From: an uncultured Acidimicrobiia bacterium
GTDB taxonomy: Bacteria > Actinomycetota > Acidimicrobiia > IMCC26256 > JAENVU01
Reading direction: 5' to 3'
Assembly (NCBI GenBank): GCA_963752335.1
Contig: CAVVXW010000003.1
Span: 14,700 to 78,699 of the forward strand
DNA: 64,000 nucleotides
The notes under the pieces were generated by a model. That model was not told the origin of the DNA. It saw nothing but the letters and a program-made list of their open reading frames with translations, and made no database searches. The position numbers were made by a program, and so were the translations under genes. Shown piece after piece: positions 40,255 to 50,101 of the stretch; within the stretch, counting starts at the first letter, position 1, and every line of letters begins with the position of its first letter.

Positions 40255-41094
40255 TCAGGCGCCGTCGACCCAGCCGAGCCCGATCGTGCGGGGACCGGCG
40301 TGGGTACCGATGATGGGCCCGATCTCGCCCACCTCGATCTTGTCCCGCGACACGACCGTCGACACGCGATCCAGGAATTCGTCGACGTCGGGTGCCTGGG
40401 CGTGGAACACGTACACCGCGTCGGGGTCGTGGGCCGCCCCGAGCTTCTCGACGAGGTAGGCGAGGCTCTTGCTGCGGGTCCGGACCTTGCCGGCCTCGCT
40501 GACGACGCCGTCGCGGACCTCGATGACCGGTTTGATCGACAGGACGCTCCCGAGCATCGCCTGCGCGCCGCCGACGCGCCCGCCCCGGCGCAGGTGCTCG
40601 AGGGTGTCGAGGGCCCCGAAGAGGCGGGTCCGGCCCGCGATCGCCTCGACCTCACGGGCGATGGTGTCGAGGTCGGCCCCGGACGCGGCGAGGCTGCTCG
40701 CAGCGATGCACTGGTTGCCCAGACCCATCGACACGGTGAGCGAGTCGATGACGCGGACCGGGAGGTCGCCCTCGAGCGACTTCGCGGCGACCTGCGCCGA
40801 CTGCATCGTGCCCGAGAGGCGGGACGAGAGGTTGATGCAGAGGACCCCCTCGGCTCCGGCGTCACCGAGGGCGCGGAAGCGCTCCTCGAATGCCCCCGGT
40901 GAGGGAGCCGCGGTCTCGGGAAGCAGGGGTGAGGTGGCGACCTTGCGCCAGAACTCCGCGTTCGAGAGCTCGACCCGGTCGACGTACTCCTCGTCACCGA
41001 AGCGGATCGTGAGGGGGACGATCTCGATGCCGAGGGCGTCGGCGCGGGCCTGCGGGAGGTCACACGAACTGTCCGTCACGATTCGAACGACCAC
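40255..41094 (-). CDS. degV: DegV-family fatty-acid-binding protein
   Basis: 279 aa. VRIVTDSSCDLP...IEIVPLTIRFGDEEY.. is typical of DegV. Confidence 0.88.
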   Translation of the reverse strand: MVVRIVTDSSCDLPQARADALGIEIVPLTIRFGDEEYVDRVELSNAEFWRKVATSPLLPETAAPSPGAFEERFRALGDAGAEGVLCINLSSRLSGTMQSAQVAAKSLEGDLPVRVIDSLTVSMGLGNQCIAASSLAASGADLDTIAREVEAIAGRTRLFGALDTLEHLRRGGRVGGAQAMLGSVLSIKPVIEVRDGVVSEAGKVRTRSKSLAYLVEKLGAAHDPDAVYVFHAQAPDVDEFLDRVSTVVSRDKIEVGEIGPIIGTHAGPRTIGLGWVDGA

Positions 41095-41152
41095 GGGACC
41101 TCCTCGGAAGGCGACGGTGCCGGGTCATGAGACTCCGCCGATCGCCCCATGG

Positions 41153-44100
41153 TTACGCGTTGCGGGCCACCGGCGCGACATCTCGCCGAAGGATGTCCCG
41201 GATCATCCGGATCAGGTGGATACCGACCAGTTGGAGCAGTCCGACCAACAGCGCGCCGCCGAGCGCGGTCGCGACCACCAGGGTGACGAGCGATGCGGCC
41301 GGCGTCGAGGCGTCCAGGACCTGATCGAGCGCGAACGCCACCAGGGCGGCGGGCGCGGTCGCCGCCACGACCCGGACCGTGACCCACACGAGCCGCCGGC
41401 CGTCGATGCGAGCGAGGCGGTGCCGCAGCGCCACCAGCCCGAGCACCGCGCCGACGAAGTACGCGAAGGACCACGACCACGCGAGCCCCTCGACGCCGCG
41501 CCACTCGTAGAAAGCGAACGCCGTCGCGATGTTCGTGCCGTTCTCGACGACGTTCAGGAGGAAGGGCGTGCGCGTGTCCTGCATCGAGGAGAAGGTGCGC
41601 ACGACATACAGGTACACCGAGAACGGCACGAGACCGACGGAGAAGGCTCGGAGAGCGTCGGCGATCCGGGGGACGTCGTGTGCGGCGAAGTCGCCGTGGT
41701 CCAGGAGCGCGCTGATGAGCGGACGTGCCAGCACCGCGAGCGCGACCGCGGCGGGGATCATCACGATCAGCAGCATGTGCAGCCCGCGCGAGAAGTGCTC
41801 GCGGACGCCGGACGTGTCGCCCGCCTGGTGGCGGCTCGCGAGCTCGGGGCCGAGCGCGGTCATGACCGAGACCGCCAGGAGCCCGTGCGGGAGCTGGAAG
41901 AACGTGAAGGCGGCCAGGTACACGGAGATGTTGGAGTTGGTCCGGTAGGCGAGCGCGAGCACGACGAAGAACGCAACCTGGTTGGCGGCGACATAGCCCA
42001 CGGTCCAGCCCGAGAGGCGCGCGAGCCGTCGGACCGCGGGGTGACCGGGCGCCCAACACCAGCGGACGCGGACCCCCGCCCGGTGGACGGCGGGGAGCAG
42101 CACCAGTGCCATCGCCACGACGCCGATCGTCGTGCCGAGCCCCAGGAGCAGCACCAGCCAGGGGTCGTCGAGCACCGACTGGACCGTCGGCGGGGCCGCG
42201 GTGGCGCGCCCGACCGCGATCAGCATCACGATCACGACGACGTTGTTGAGGACGGGCGCGAACGCGGCCGCCGCGAAGCGCCGCCGCGCGTTGAGCAGCG
42301 AGGTGGCGAGCGCGGTGATGCCGTAGAAGAGCATCTGGGGCATGAACCACCGGAGCAGATCCGTCGCGAGCGCCTGCTGCGCGGCGTGACCGACGCGCTG
42401 GGTGTGCCCGGCGACCGCGACGTACGCGTCGATGAGCCATGGCGCCATGAGCGTGCCGGCGACGGTCCCGACGAAGAGGAGTGAGATCGTGACGGTGAGG
42501 ATCGCGTTCGTCGCGCGGGTGTCCTCGCGTTCGTAGGACTCGACGAAGAGTGGAACGAGGGTCGCGGTGAGGATCCCGCCGACCAGGAGCTCGTAGACGA
42601 TGTTCGGTGTCGAGTTCGCGAGGTTGTACGCGTCCGTGAGCGGGCCGAGCCCGAGCACGACCAGCGCGGAGACGCGCAGGAACCCCGTGACGCGCGAGAG
42701 AAGCGTCCCGACGCCGATCACCGCACTCGTGCGGGCCAGCCGGACGTTGGGCGCGGTCACGTGGCGAGAGGCGCGCGGGCGGCGGCCCCGGCGCCAGTTG
42801 GTGATCCACCATCCGGCGAGGAACACGCCCGCCCCGATGGTCAGGAACAGCCCGACGCCGCTGACGACGGACGAGCGCACCGTGTACCGCGATCGCTGCA
42901 GGTCCAGCACGCCGTCGGGCGACGTGACCGAGATCAGCACGGGGAAGGTGCCGGAGGCTCGCGCCTCGACGACGAAGGAGGTCGTGGTGTTGCCCGGAGC
43001 GAGGCGGATGATCTTCTGGGAGCCCTTCGGGAACTCGAGCTTCTGGCTCTCGAGGCTGACGCGGACGCGCACCGGGCGCCCGGACCTGTTCTCGATGCTG
43101 ATCGGGATCGGTGCCCGCCGCGAGGTGAGCTGCACCGTGCGGCTCGCCGGCGCCTGCACGGCGCCCGTGATCTGGCCGACGGCGGCCGCGATCTGGCCGC
43201 TCCGGGCGGCCGAGATCGCACGACCCGTGCCCGGCATTCCCGAGGCCGGCGTCAACAGCTGCTGGTGTCGTAGCCGGGTGACGAGCGGATCGGCGACGCC
43301 GATCATCGAGCCGAGCCCGTCGACCTGACGCTGGTCGGCGGCGAACGCGCCGGCGCTCAGCGGCGCGCTCGGTGGATCGACCGCGGCGAGCGTGCGGGTG
43401 TACGGGTGGTTCTGCACCGTCGCTGCAGGCACGGTGTCGAAGAGATCGGCAACCGATGTGCCCTCGAGCAGCGGGTGCTCCCGGAGTCCCGCGAGGACCG
43501 CGGCCACGCGCGTCGTCTCCGGGCGCCACCGCACCGGGGTGTCGATCACCACGCCGCGCGTGCGGTTCGGCTGCTCGAGCGCGACGACCGAGAGTGCGGC
43601 CAGCAGCTGCTGGGCGCGCAACGCGCCGGGTCCCGGCTTGACCAGGAGATCCGAGGTCGTGCGGTTGACCTCGACCGCGTCGAAGGACCCGGCGCCGGTG
43701 TCGAGGCGGAACGGGCGCGCCGGGGTGAACTGATCCACGGCCTCGGCGTCGGTGAGCGCCTCGGGTGCCACGATCACCCGCGTGCTGCCGCCTTCGGCCC
43801 GCAGCCGGGCCAGCGTCGCCTCGTCGAGTGGCTGGGTCGGGGCGATGGTTCGATCGACCGCCGCCGCGAGCCCGGTCTCGAGCGTGCTGCGGCCGATCTC
43901 GAGCTCGGTGGTGAACGCGGCTCCGAGGCCCGCGTCGAGGAGGCTCGGCCCGTTGACCGTCGTGAAGGGACTGGACAGGACCGGTGACGACGCGGCGGCC
44001 GAGCGCAACGTCGCGAGCACCCCCGCGGCGGGCTCTGACGGCGCGAGACCACGGAGCCCGGCGACCGTGTCGGGCGTCGGCACGAGCGTGACCGGGACAT

Positions 44101-44809
44101 CGCCGGCGAGATCGAGCGCCGCGGCGATGCGGCCGATCCGCCCGGTCGCGTCCAGCTCCCGGGCGAACTCCGGCGCCGGCACGCCGGAGGGCCCGATCGC
44201 GGGCGGGGCGCTGATGTGCCACACCCATGCCACCCGGAGGGGCTCGACCGGTGCCTCGCCCGCGGCCGGAGTCCGGACGGCCACGAGGTCGGTCACGAAG
44301 CTGTCGACCACGTCGGCCGACTCGGGGTCCCGCAACTCGATCTCGACCGGGTAGACGCCGGCCTGACCCGAGCTGGGGATCGAGAGGCGGATCCGGTTCG
44401 GGTCCCGGGGCAGCGCCGGGTCCTGGAGCGGCAGCGTGAGCACGCGGTCCGGCCCCACGACGGGAAGGTCGGCGACCGGAGCTCGCAGCGACGCGAGCGT
44501 CGTGCCGAGCCGCTCGCCGTTCAACGTCCGCTCGAAGGACAGGCGGGACAGGACCGCGCCGTAGACCGTCGCCCGGACCTCGAGACCGGAGGCGTCGGGA
44601 ACGCGGATGCGGAGACGGAGGGGGACGTCGTCGCCCATCGCCGACCAGGCCGGCTGCCCTCGGAGCACGATCGAGCCGGCGGGCGCGGCGGCCGCGGCGG
44701 ACGCCCGCCCGGGTCGTGCCGCGAGCAGGCCGACGGTCGCCGCGAGACCGAGAACGACCGCGAGGGCGCCACGTAGGACGCCGCGGCCGACCGCGCCCTC
44801 GGGGCTCAC
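41153..44809 (-). CDS. murJ: Continuous ORF: Rv3909-like exported protein (DUF6049-type, about 683 aa) followed in frame by lipid II flippase MurJ (535 aa)
   Basis: GTG 44809 (GTGA overlap with the GNAT stop) gives signal peptide VSPEGAVGRGVLRGALAVVLGLAATVGLLAARPGRASA. A large ectodomain and a TM helix follow. The MurJ core starts at GTG 42760 (VTAPNVRLARTSAVIGVGTLLSRVTGFLR..) and runs to 41153. No stop codon lies between the two parts. Confidence 0.8.
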   Translation of the reverse strand: MSPEGAVGRGVLRGALAVVLGLAATVGLLAARPGRASAAAAAPAGSIVLRGQPAWSAMGDDVPLRLRIRVPDASGLEVRATVYGAVLSRLSFERTLNGERLGTTLASLRAPVADLPVVGPDRVLTLPLQDPALPRDPNRIRLSIPSSGQAGVYPVEIELRDPESADVVDSFVTDLVAVRTPAAGEAPVEPLRVAWVWHISAPPAIGPSGVPAPEFARELDATGRIGRIAAALDLAGDVPVTLVPTPDTVAGLRGLAPSEPAAGVLATLRSAAASSPVLSSPFTTVNGPSLLDAGLGAAFTTELEIGRSTLETGLAAAVDRTIAPTQPLDEATLARLRAEGGSTRVIVAPEALTDAEAVDQFTPARPFRLDTGAGSFDAVEVNRTTSDLLVKPGPGALRAQQLLAALSVVALEQPNRTRGVVIDTPVRWRPETTRVAAVLAGLREHPLLEGTSVADLFDTVPAATVQNHPYTRTLAAVDPPSAPLSAGAFAADQRQVDGLGSMIGVADPLVTRLRHQQLLTPASGMPGTGRAISAARSGQIAAAVGQITGAVQAPASRTVQLTSRRAPIPISIENRSGRPVRVRVSLESQKLEFPKGSQKIIRLAPGNTTTSFVVEARASGTFPVLISVTSPDGVLDLQRSRYTVRSSVVSGVGLFLTIGAGVFLAGWWITNWRRGRRPRASRHVTAPNVRLARTSAVIGVGTLLSRVTGFLRVSALVVLGLGPLTDAYNLANSTPNIVYELLVGGILTATLVPLFVESYEREDTRATNAILTVTISLLFVGTVAGTLMAPWLIDAYVAVAGHTQRVGHAAQQALATDLLRWFMPQMLFYGITALATSLLNARRRFAAAAFAPVLNNVVVIVMLIAVGRATAAPPTVQSVLDDPWLVLLLGLGTTIGVVAMALVLLPAVHRAGVRVRWCWAPGHPAVRRLARLSGWTVGYVAANQVAFFVVLALAYRTNSNISVYLAAFTFFQLPHGLLAVSVMTALGPELASRHQAGDTSGVREHFSRGLHMLLIVMIPAAVALAVLARPLISALLDHGDFAAHDVPRIADALRAFSVGLVPFSVYLYVVRTFSSMQDTRTPFLLNVVENGTNIATAFAFYEWRGVEGLAWSWSFAYFVGAVLGLVALRHRLARIDGRRLVWVTVRVVAATAPAALVAFALDQVLDASTPAASLVTLVVATALGGALLVGLLQLVGIHLIRMIRDILRRDVAPVARNA

Positions 44810-45498
44810 AGCGACCTTCGCATGACACAGAGGCCGGCGCTGAGGTCGCGGAAACCGCAATCGCGGTAGAGCGTGAGCGCGGCGGTGTTGTCGAGCTGGG
44901 TGTTCACCGAGGCGCGACGGACCCGGTGCCGCCGCAACCAGCGCAGCGCGTCGGCCACGAGCGACCGGCCGATGCCCTCGCCGTGGACCGACGGATCCAC
45001 CCCGACGCGCTGGAGGAAGCCCTGGCGGTCGGCCCGGCCGGTGATCGCGTAGCCCAGGATCTCGGTCCCGCGCTCGACGACCCGGAAACGTGTCGCCGGT
45101 GTGGCGTCGAGCGTCTGGTCGAGCCCGGGCGAGTCGAGCCGCCAAAAGGGTCGGAACGCGCGTTGGTCGACCTCGAGCACGGCCCCGACATCGCCCGCGT
45201 GGGCGCGTCGGGTCGGATGGGGGCTCGCGGGCAACGCCTCGAGGTCGTGCTCGAGGAGGTGGAGGCGCTCGTGGACGGAGAACCCGGCGTCGACGAACGG
45301 GAGGGTCTCGACGGGCCCGAGCGCGTTCGTGACCACGGACTCGTAGCCGCGGGTGCGCAGCACGCCGAGGCACCGGTCCACGATCTCGGCCGGTGGCGGG
45401 CGGCGGGCGCCCACCGCGAGGTACGCGACGTCGTTCCGGCCGCGCCAGGGTCCGAACCGCGCCCATCCGCCGGGCCAGCGCAACGTGTCCTCGGGCAT
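44806..45498 (-). CDS. GNAT-family N-acetyltransferase
   Basis: ATG 45498 within ORF 44806..46323. Acetyl-CoA motif VGVDPSVHGEGIGRSLV..NTAALTLYRDCGF. Confidence 0.8.
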   Translation of the reverse strand: MPEDTLRWPGGWARFGPWRGRNDVAYLAVGARRPPPAEIVDRCLGVLRTRGYESVVTNALGPVETLPFVDAGFSVHERLHLLEHDLEALPASPHPTRRAHAGDVGAVLEVDQRAFRPFWRLDSPGLDQTLDATPATRFRVVERGTEILGYAITGRADRQGFLQRVGVDPSVHGEGIGRSLVADALRWLRRHRVRRASVNTQLDNTAALTLYRDCGFRDLSAGLCVMRRSL

Positions 45499-45564
45499 CG
45501 TCGGAGCAGCGTACGCGCCCGTCTTTCGGAGGGTCCGGCGCATCCGCCGCGGTACCGTGCGAGC

Positions 45565-46576
45565 GTGCTCCTGCTCGGGACGGATCCTGTCTTCGCCGAT
45601 CACGACACCGGCCCGCGCCATCCGGAACGACCGGCACGACTGCAGGCCGTGGCCGACGGGCTCGAGCGCTCGGGCCTCGGTTCCGATCTGCGCACGCTCG
45701 ACCCCCGCGTGGCGACCCGCGCCGAGCTCGAGCGGGTGCATCCCGCCGCGCATCTGGACCACCTCGAGGAGGTGTGCGCGCAGGGCGCGCACTTCGACGC
45801 GGACACGCCGGCGTCGCCGCGGTCGTGGCTCGCGGCGCTGACGGCCGCGGGGGCTGGGCTCGCGGCCGCCGACGCGCTCGCCCACGGCGACGGCGAGGGA
45901 GCGTTCCTCGCGGTGCGTCCACCGGGACACCACGCGCGCGCCACGCAGGCAATGGGCTTCTGCCTCATGAACAACGTCGCAGTCCTCGCGGCCGAGCTCC
46001 GCGAGCGCGGTGACCGTGTGGCCGTGGTCGACATCGACGCGCACCACGGGAACGGCACGCAGGAGATCTTCTACTCGGATCCGGACGTCCTCTACGTCTC
46101 GCTCCACGAGTGGCCGCTCTACCCCGGCACCGGTCGCCTCGACGAGACGGGGGCCGGGCCCGGCCAAGGATCGACGTGCAATGTCCCGCTCCCCGCGGGT
46201 GCGACCGGCGACGTGTACCTGCGAGCGTTCGACGATGTGGTCGAGCCGCTCCTCGCCGCGCTTCGCCGCGGACTGGCTGCTGATCTCCGCCGGCTTCGAC
46301 GCGCATCGCGACGACCCGATCACGGGTCTCGGGCTCTCGGCCGGTGACTACGCCGAGCTGTTCCGGCGGCTGCTCGCGACGGCGCCGACCGGGCGGACCA
46401 TCACCTTCCTGGAGGGTGGCTACTCGCTCTCGGGGCTGCGCGACTCGGTCGCGGCCTCGATCCCCGTGCTGGCGGGCGGGACCGGGGAGGTCCCCGCGGG
46501 CGAGGGACCCACGAGCGGCGGCCCCGGCGAGAACATGGTCCGGGCGGCCTCGGAGCTCTGGCGGGACCGGGGCTGA
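45565..46576 (+). pseudogene. Histone deacetylase-family (AcuC/HDAC-like) amidohydrolase, frame-disrupted
   Basis: GTG 45565 (VLLLGTDPVFADHDTGPRHPERPARL). RPPGHHA and DIDAHHGNGTQ lie in ORF 44716..46347. Continuation ADWLLISAGFDAHRDDP..FLEGGYSL lies in ORF 46010..46576. Frame change near 46255-46262. Confidence 0.8.
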
Positions 46577-46711
46577 CCGGACCACGCCCGCGAGACCGTT
46601 TTCGCCCACTGGGCGTGGATGTGTCCCGGTCCTCCTTCAGACCCGATGGTCGCGCGCCGATATGCCCAGGTAGGAACCGGCAGGGCCCGGTCTGACTGTG
46701 GAGGACGGCGG

Positions 46712-47833
46712 TTGCTCGATCTCGATCAGGTGTTGCGCGATGCGGTCGAGCGGGGCGCATCCGACGTTCACATCAAGGTCGGTTCACCGGCGCATCTGCG
46801 GATCGACGGCGAGCTGCTGCCGATCTCTCCCGAGCCGGTTCAGGCCGCGGACACGGAGCGGATCGCGTTCGCGGTGATGCCGAAGGCCCGGGCCGAGGAG
46901 TTCATCGCGACCAACGAGGCGGACTTCGCCTACGCGCTGAGCGGCGTGGGTCGCTTCCGCGTCAACGTGTTCCGCCAGCGGGGCTCGGTCGCGATGGTGC
47001 TGCGCCACATCCTCCCCGGCATCCCGCCGATGGAGGAGCTCGGTCTGCCCGCAGTCGTCCGGCGACTCTCGGAGGAACAACGCGGGCTCGTCCTCGTGAC
47101 CGGCCCGACCGGCTCCGGCAAGACCACGACGCTCGCCGCGATGATCGACCACATCAACGAGCACCAGGCGCGTCACATCGTGACGATCGAGGACCCGATC
47201 GAGGTCCTCCACGCGGACAAGCGCTCGCTCATCAACCAGCGCGAGGTCGGCTCGGACACGGAGGACTTCCTTGCTGCGCTCAAGCGGGCGCTGCGCCAGG
47301 ATCCCGATGTGATCCTGATCGGCGAGATGCGTGACCCCGAGACGGTGTGGGCCGCGCTGTCGGCGGCGGAGACCGGTCACCTCGTCTTCTCGACGCTCCA
47401 CACGATGGGTGCGGGCGAGACGATCAACCGCATCATCGACTTCTTCCCCCCGTACCAGCAGCAGCAGGTGCGGATGTCGATCGCCGGCGCCCTGAAGGGC
47501 ATCGTGTCCCAGCGGCTCGTGCAGCGCTCCGACCGCGAGGGTCGGATCCCGGCGATGGAGGTGCTCGTGGCGACCGGGCGGGTGTTCGACAAGATCGCGG
47601 ATCCGACCGCCACCCACGAGTTGGAGGAGATCATCGCCGAGGGCGAGTACTACGGGATGCAGACCTTCGACCAGAGCCTGCTGAACCTCTACGCGACCGG
47701 CGTCGTCTCCCGGCGTGACACGCTCGCAACCTCGACCAACCCCCACGACCTCCGCCTCAAGCTCGAGCACCTCGAGCTGACCCGGGAGAACGGCGCGCGC
47801 GCCGCGACACCAGCGCTCGCCAAGTCCGCCTGA
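46712..47833 (+). CDS. pilT: PilT-type type IV pilus retraction ATPase (orphan)
   Basis: TTG 46712 lies 7 nt after GGAGGA, within ORF 46619..47833. ASDVHIKVG, Walker A GPTGSGKTTT, LRQDPDVILIGEMRD, GHLVFSTLHT. Confidence 0.88.
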   Translation: MLDLDQVLRDAVERGASDVHIKVGSPAHLRIDGELLPISPEPVQAADTERIAFAVMPKARAEEFIATNEADFAYALSGVGRFRVNVFRQRGSVAMVLRHILPGIPPMEELGLPAVVRRLSEEQRGLVLVTGPTGSGKTTTLAAMIDHINEHQARHIVTIEDPIEVLHADKRSLINQREVGSDTEDFLAALKRALRQDPDVILIGEMRDPETVWAALSAAETGHLVFSTLHTMGAGETINRIIDFFPPYQQQQVRMSIAGALKGIVSQRLVQRSDREGRIPAMEVLVATGRVFDKIADPTATHELEEIIAEGEYYGMQTFDQSLLNLYATGVVSRRDTLATSTNPHDLRLKLEHLELTRENGARAATPALAKSA

Positions 47834-47863
47834 CCCGTCCCGGCGAGCCCGGTCCGGGTCACA

Positions 47864-49255
47864 ATGGCGGCCATGACCGTCCCCCCGCGGCTTGCGCCGC
47901 TGCTCGAACCCGACGCGCCCGTGCAGCGGGTGGCGACGGCACTCGTGGCCAACGGCCACGAGTGCTACCTCGTCGGTGGAAGCGTCCGGGACGCGCTCAT
48001 CGACGACCTCCCGGTCGAGTTCGATTTCGCGACCGACACGCGCCCGGACCGCATCGAGGCGCTGCTCGCCCCGATCGCCGATCACGTGTGGCTCCAGGGG
48101 CAGCGCTTCGGGACGGTCGGTGCGCAGATCGGAGGCGTGCCGTGCGAGATCACGACCTTCCGCTCCGAGGTCTACCGGCCCGACAGCCGCAAGCCGGAGG
48201 TCGCGTTCGGCGAGTCGATCGAAACCGACCTCTCGCGACGGGACTTCACCGTCAACGCACTCGCCCTCCGGCTCCCGGACGCGGTCCTCGTCGACCCGTT
48301 CGACGGCGCCGCCGATCTCGCCGCCGGTCGCTTGCGCACGCCCCTGACGCCCGAGGTCTCCTTCACCGACGACCCCTTGCGGATGATGCGCGCGGCGCGC
48401 TTCGTCGCCCGCTTCGGGTTCACGCCCGATCCCGAGTTGGTCGCCGCGGTGGAGTCCCTCGCGCCGCGCCTCGAGATCGTGAGCGCCGAACGCATCCGCG
48501 ACGAGCTGTCGAAGCTGGTGCTGGTCGCCGACCCGTCGCCCGGACTCTGGTTCCTCGCGCGCACAGGGCTTGCCGACCATTTCCTTCCCGAGCTGAACTC
48601 GATGGAGCTGGAGCAGGACCCGATCCACCACCACAAGGACGTTCTCGCGCACACGATCGCGGTCGTGGCGAAGACGAGCCCCGACCTGATCCTGCGTCTC
48701 GCCGCGCTCATGCACGACGTCGGCAAGCCCAGGACACGCTCGTTCGACCGGGGCCACGCGACGTTCCACCACCACGAGGTCGTGGGCGCACGCATGACGC
48801 GCGATCGGCTGAGCGCGTTGCGTTACCCGACCGAGATCGTCGACGCGGTCACCCAGCTCGTGTACCTCCACCTTCGGATCCACACCTACGCCATGGGTTG
48901 GACGGACGCCGCGGTCCGCCGATACGTCCGGGACGCGGGCGACCTGCTCGACCGGCTCAACGAGCTGCAGCGCTGTGACTGCACGACCCGCAACGAGCGC
49001 CGCGCCCGCGCCCTCGGGCGGCGGATGGACGAGCTCGAGCAGCGGATCGAGGCGCTCGCGGCCCAGGAGGAGCTACAGCGCGATCCGCCCACCACTCGAC
49101 GGCCGGCAGGTGATGGAGTTTCTCGGCGTCCCACCGGGTCCGATCGTCGGCGAGGCGCTCGACGTGCTCCTCGAGGCCCGGCTCGACCACGGCCCCATCG
49201 GGGAGGACGACGCATACCGCGCCTCCACGCGTGGGCCGACGAGCGGGGGGTGTGA
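47864..49255 (+). pseudogene. cca: CCA-adding enzyme / tRNA nucleotidyltransferase (PcnA-like) with two compensating frame changes
   Basis: GGSVRDAL..FDFAT and the HD domain lie in the frame of 47864. The conserved tail IRPPLDGRQVMEFLGVPPGPIVGEALDVLLEARLDHGP lies in ORF 48975..49316. The terminal LHAWADERGV returns to the original frame. Shifts at about 49079-49083 and 49221-49223. Confidence 0.85.
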
Positions 49256-49353
49256 CCGATCCGAGTCGCTCGACGCCGCGGGCCGGAGTCGTGGGTCCGG
49301 CGGTGCAGCTCGTTGAGCCGGTCGAGCCCGGTCGGTTCGGAGGGTGAAGGCCT

Positions 49354-49975
49354 CTAGCTCCCGACCTTGCGGGCGCGGAAGATCAGCGTCGCCGGCACGA
49401 GTGCCCGGCCGCGTGGCCCGCCCGGCGGCTCCGGCTCCAGGATCGTGTCCACCTGGAACCCCGCCCGCCCCAACGCGGCGAAGACGTCGCCGACGCGATG
49501 AGTGTGGGTCCCGGACCCGGTGTCGTCGTCGAAGTAGGAGCGGCGCGAGGTACGGCCGCTCGAGCGGCAGCGCACCCGCGGGCTCCGGGTCGGTCTCGAC
49601 GCACTCGCCCAGTGGATGCGGCAGGGAGAACGCGAACCACGCTCCGGCCCGCAGCACCCGCTGGACCTGACGGAACACACGGCCCAGATCCGTCAGGGTC
49701 TCGAGCGATCCCTCGGCGAAGGCCACGTCGACCGAGTCTCCCCTGAGGAACGCGAGATCCGCGAGATCGCCGGTGTGCCCCTCGATACGAGCCTCGGCGT
49801 CCTGGGCGCGTTGGCGGGTGGCCAGCACCGCTTCCGCGCTGGGATCCACCGTGATGACCGTGGCGCCGCCGCGGGCCAGCTCGACGGCGCGGCGCCCGTC
49901 GCCACATCCGAGCTCGAGCACACGCTTGCCCGCGGTGTGTCCCAGGAGCCGTGCCAGCACGAAGTCGTCGCTCAT
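49354..49975 (-). pseudogene. Class I SAM-dependent methyltransferase, frame-disrupted
   Basis: N-terminal part carries VLELGCGDG..VDPS (ORF 49073..49975). The C-terminal part YFDDDTGSGTHTHRVGDVFAALGRAGFQVDTILEP lies in ORF 49354..49680. Shift at about 49542-49546. Confidence 0.75.
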
Positions 49976-50101
49976 CGGGGCGGGACGCTACCGGTCCCCG
50001 GCGGTGCCGGGATCGACCGGTCGCGGCACCGCCGTCGACTGGAAGATTCCGACAGGTCTGCTCGGGAGGCGGCGGGGAGTCGGTGGAGCGTCGCGCCGGT
50101 G

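Noticed and set aside
44810-45952. Upstream 381 codons of ORF 41153..45952, which would make a 1599-aa protein.
   Set aside because: The segment is R/P/G-rich and overlaps the well-supported GNAT gene in another frame. A signal peptide with a GTGA-coupled GTG start begins at 44809.
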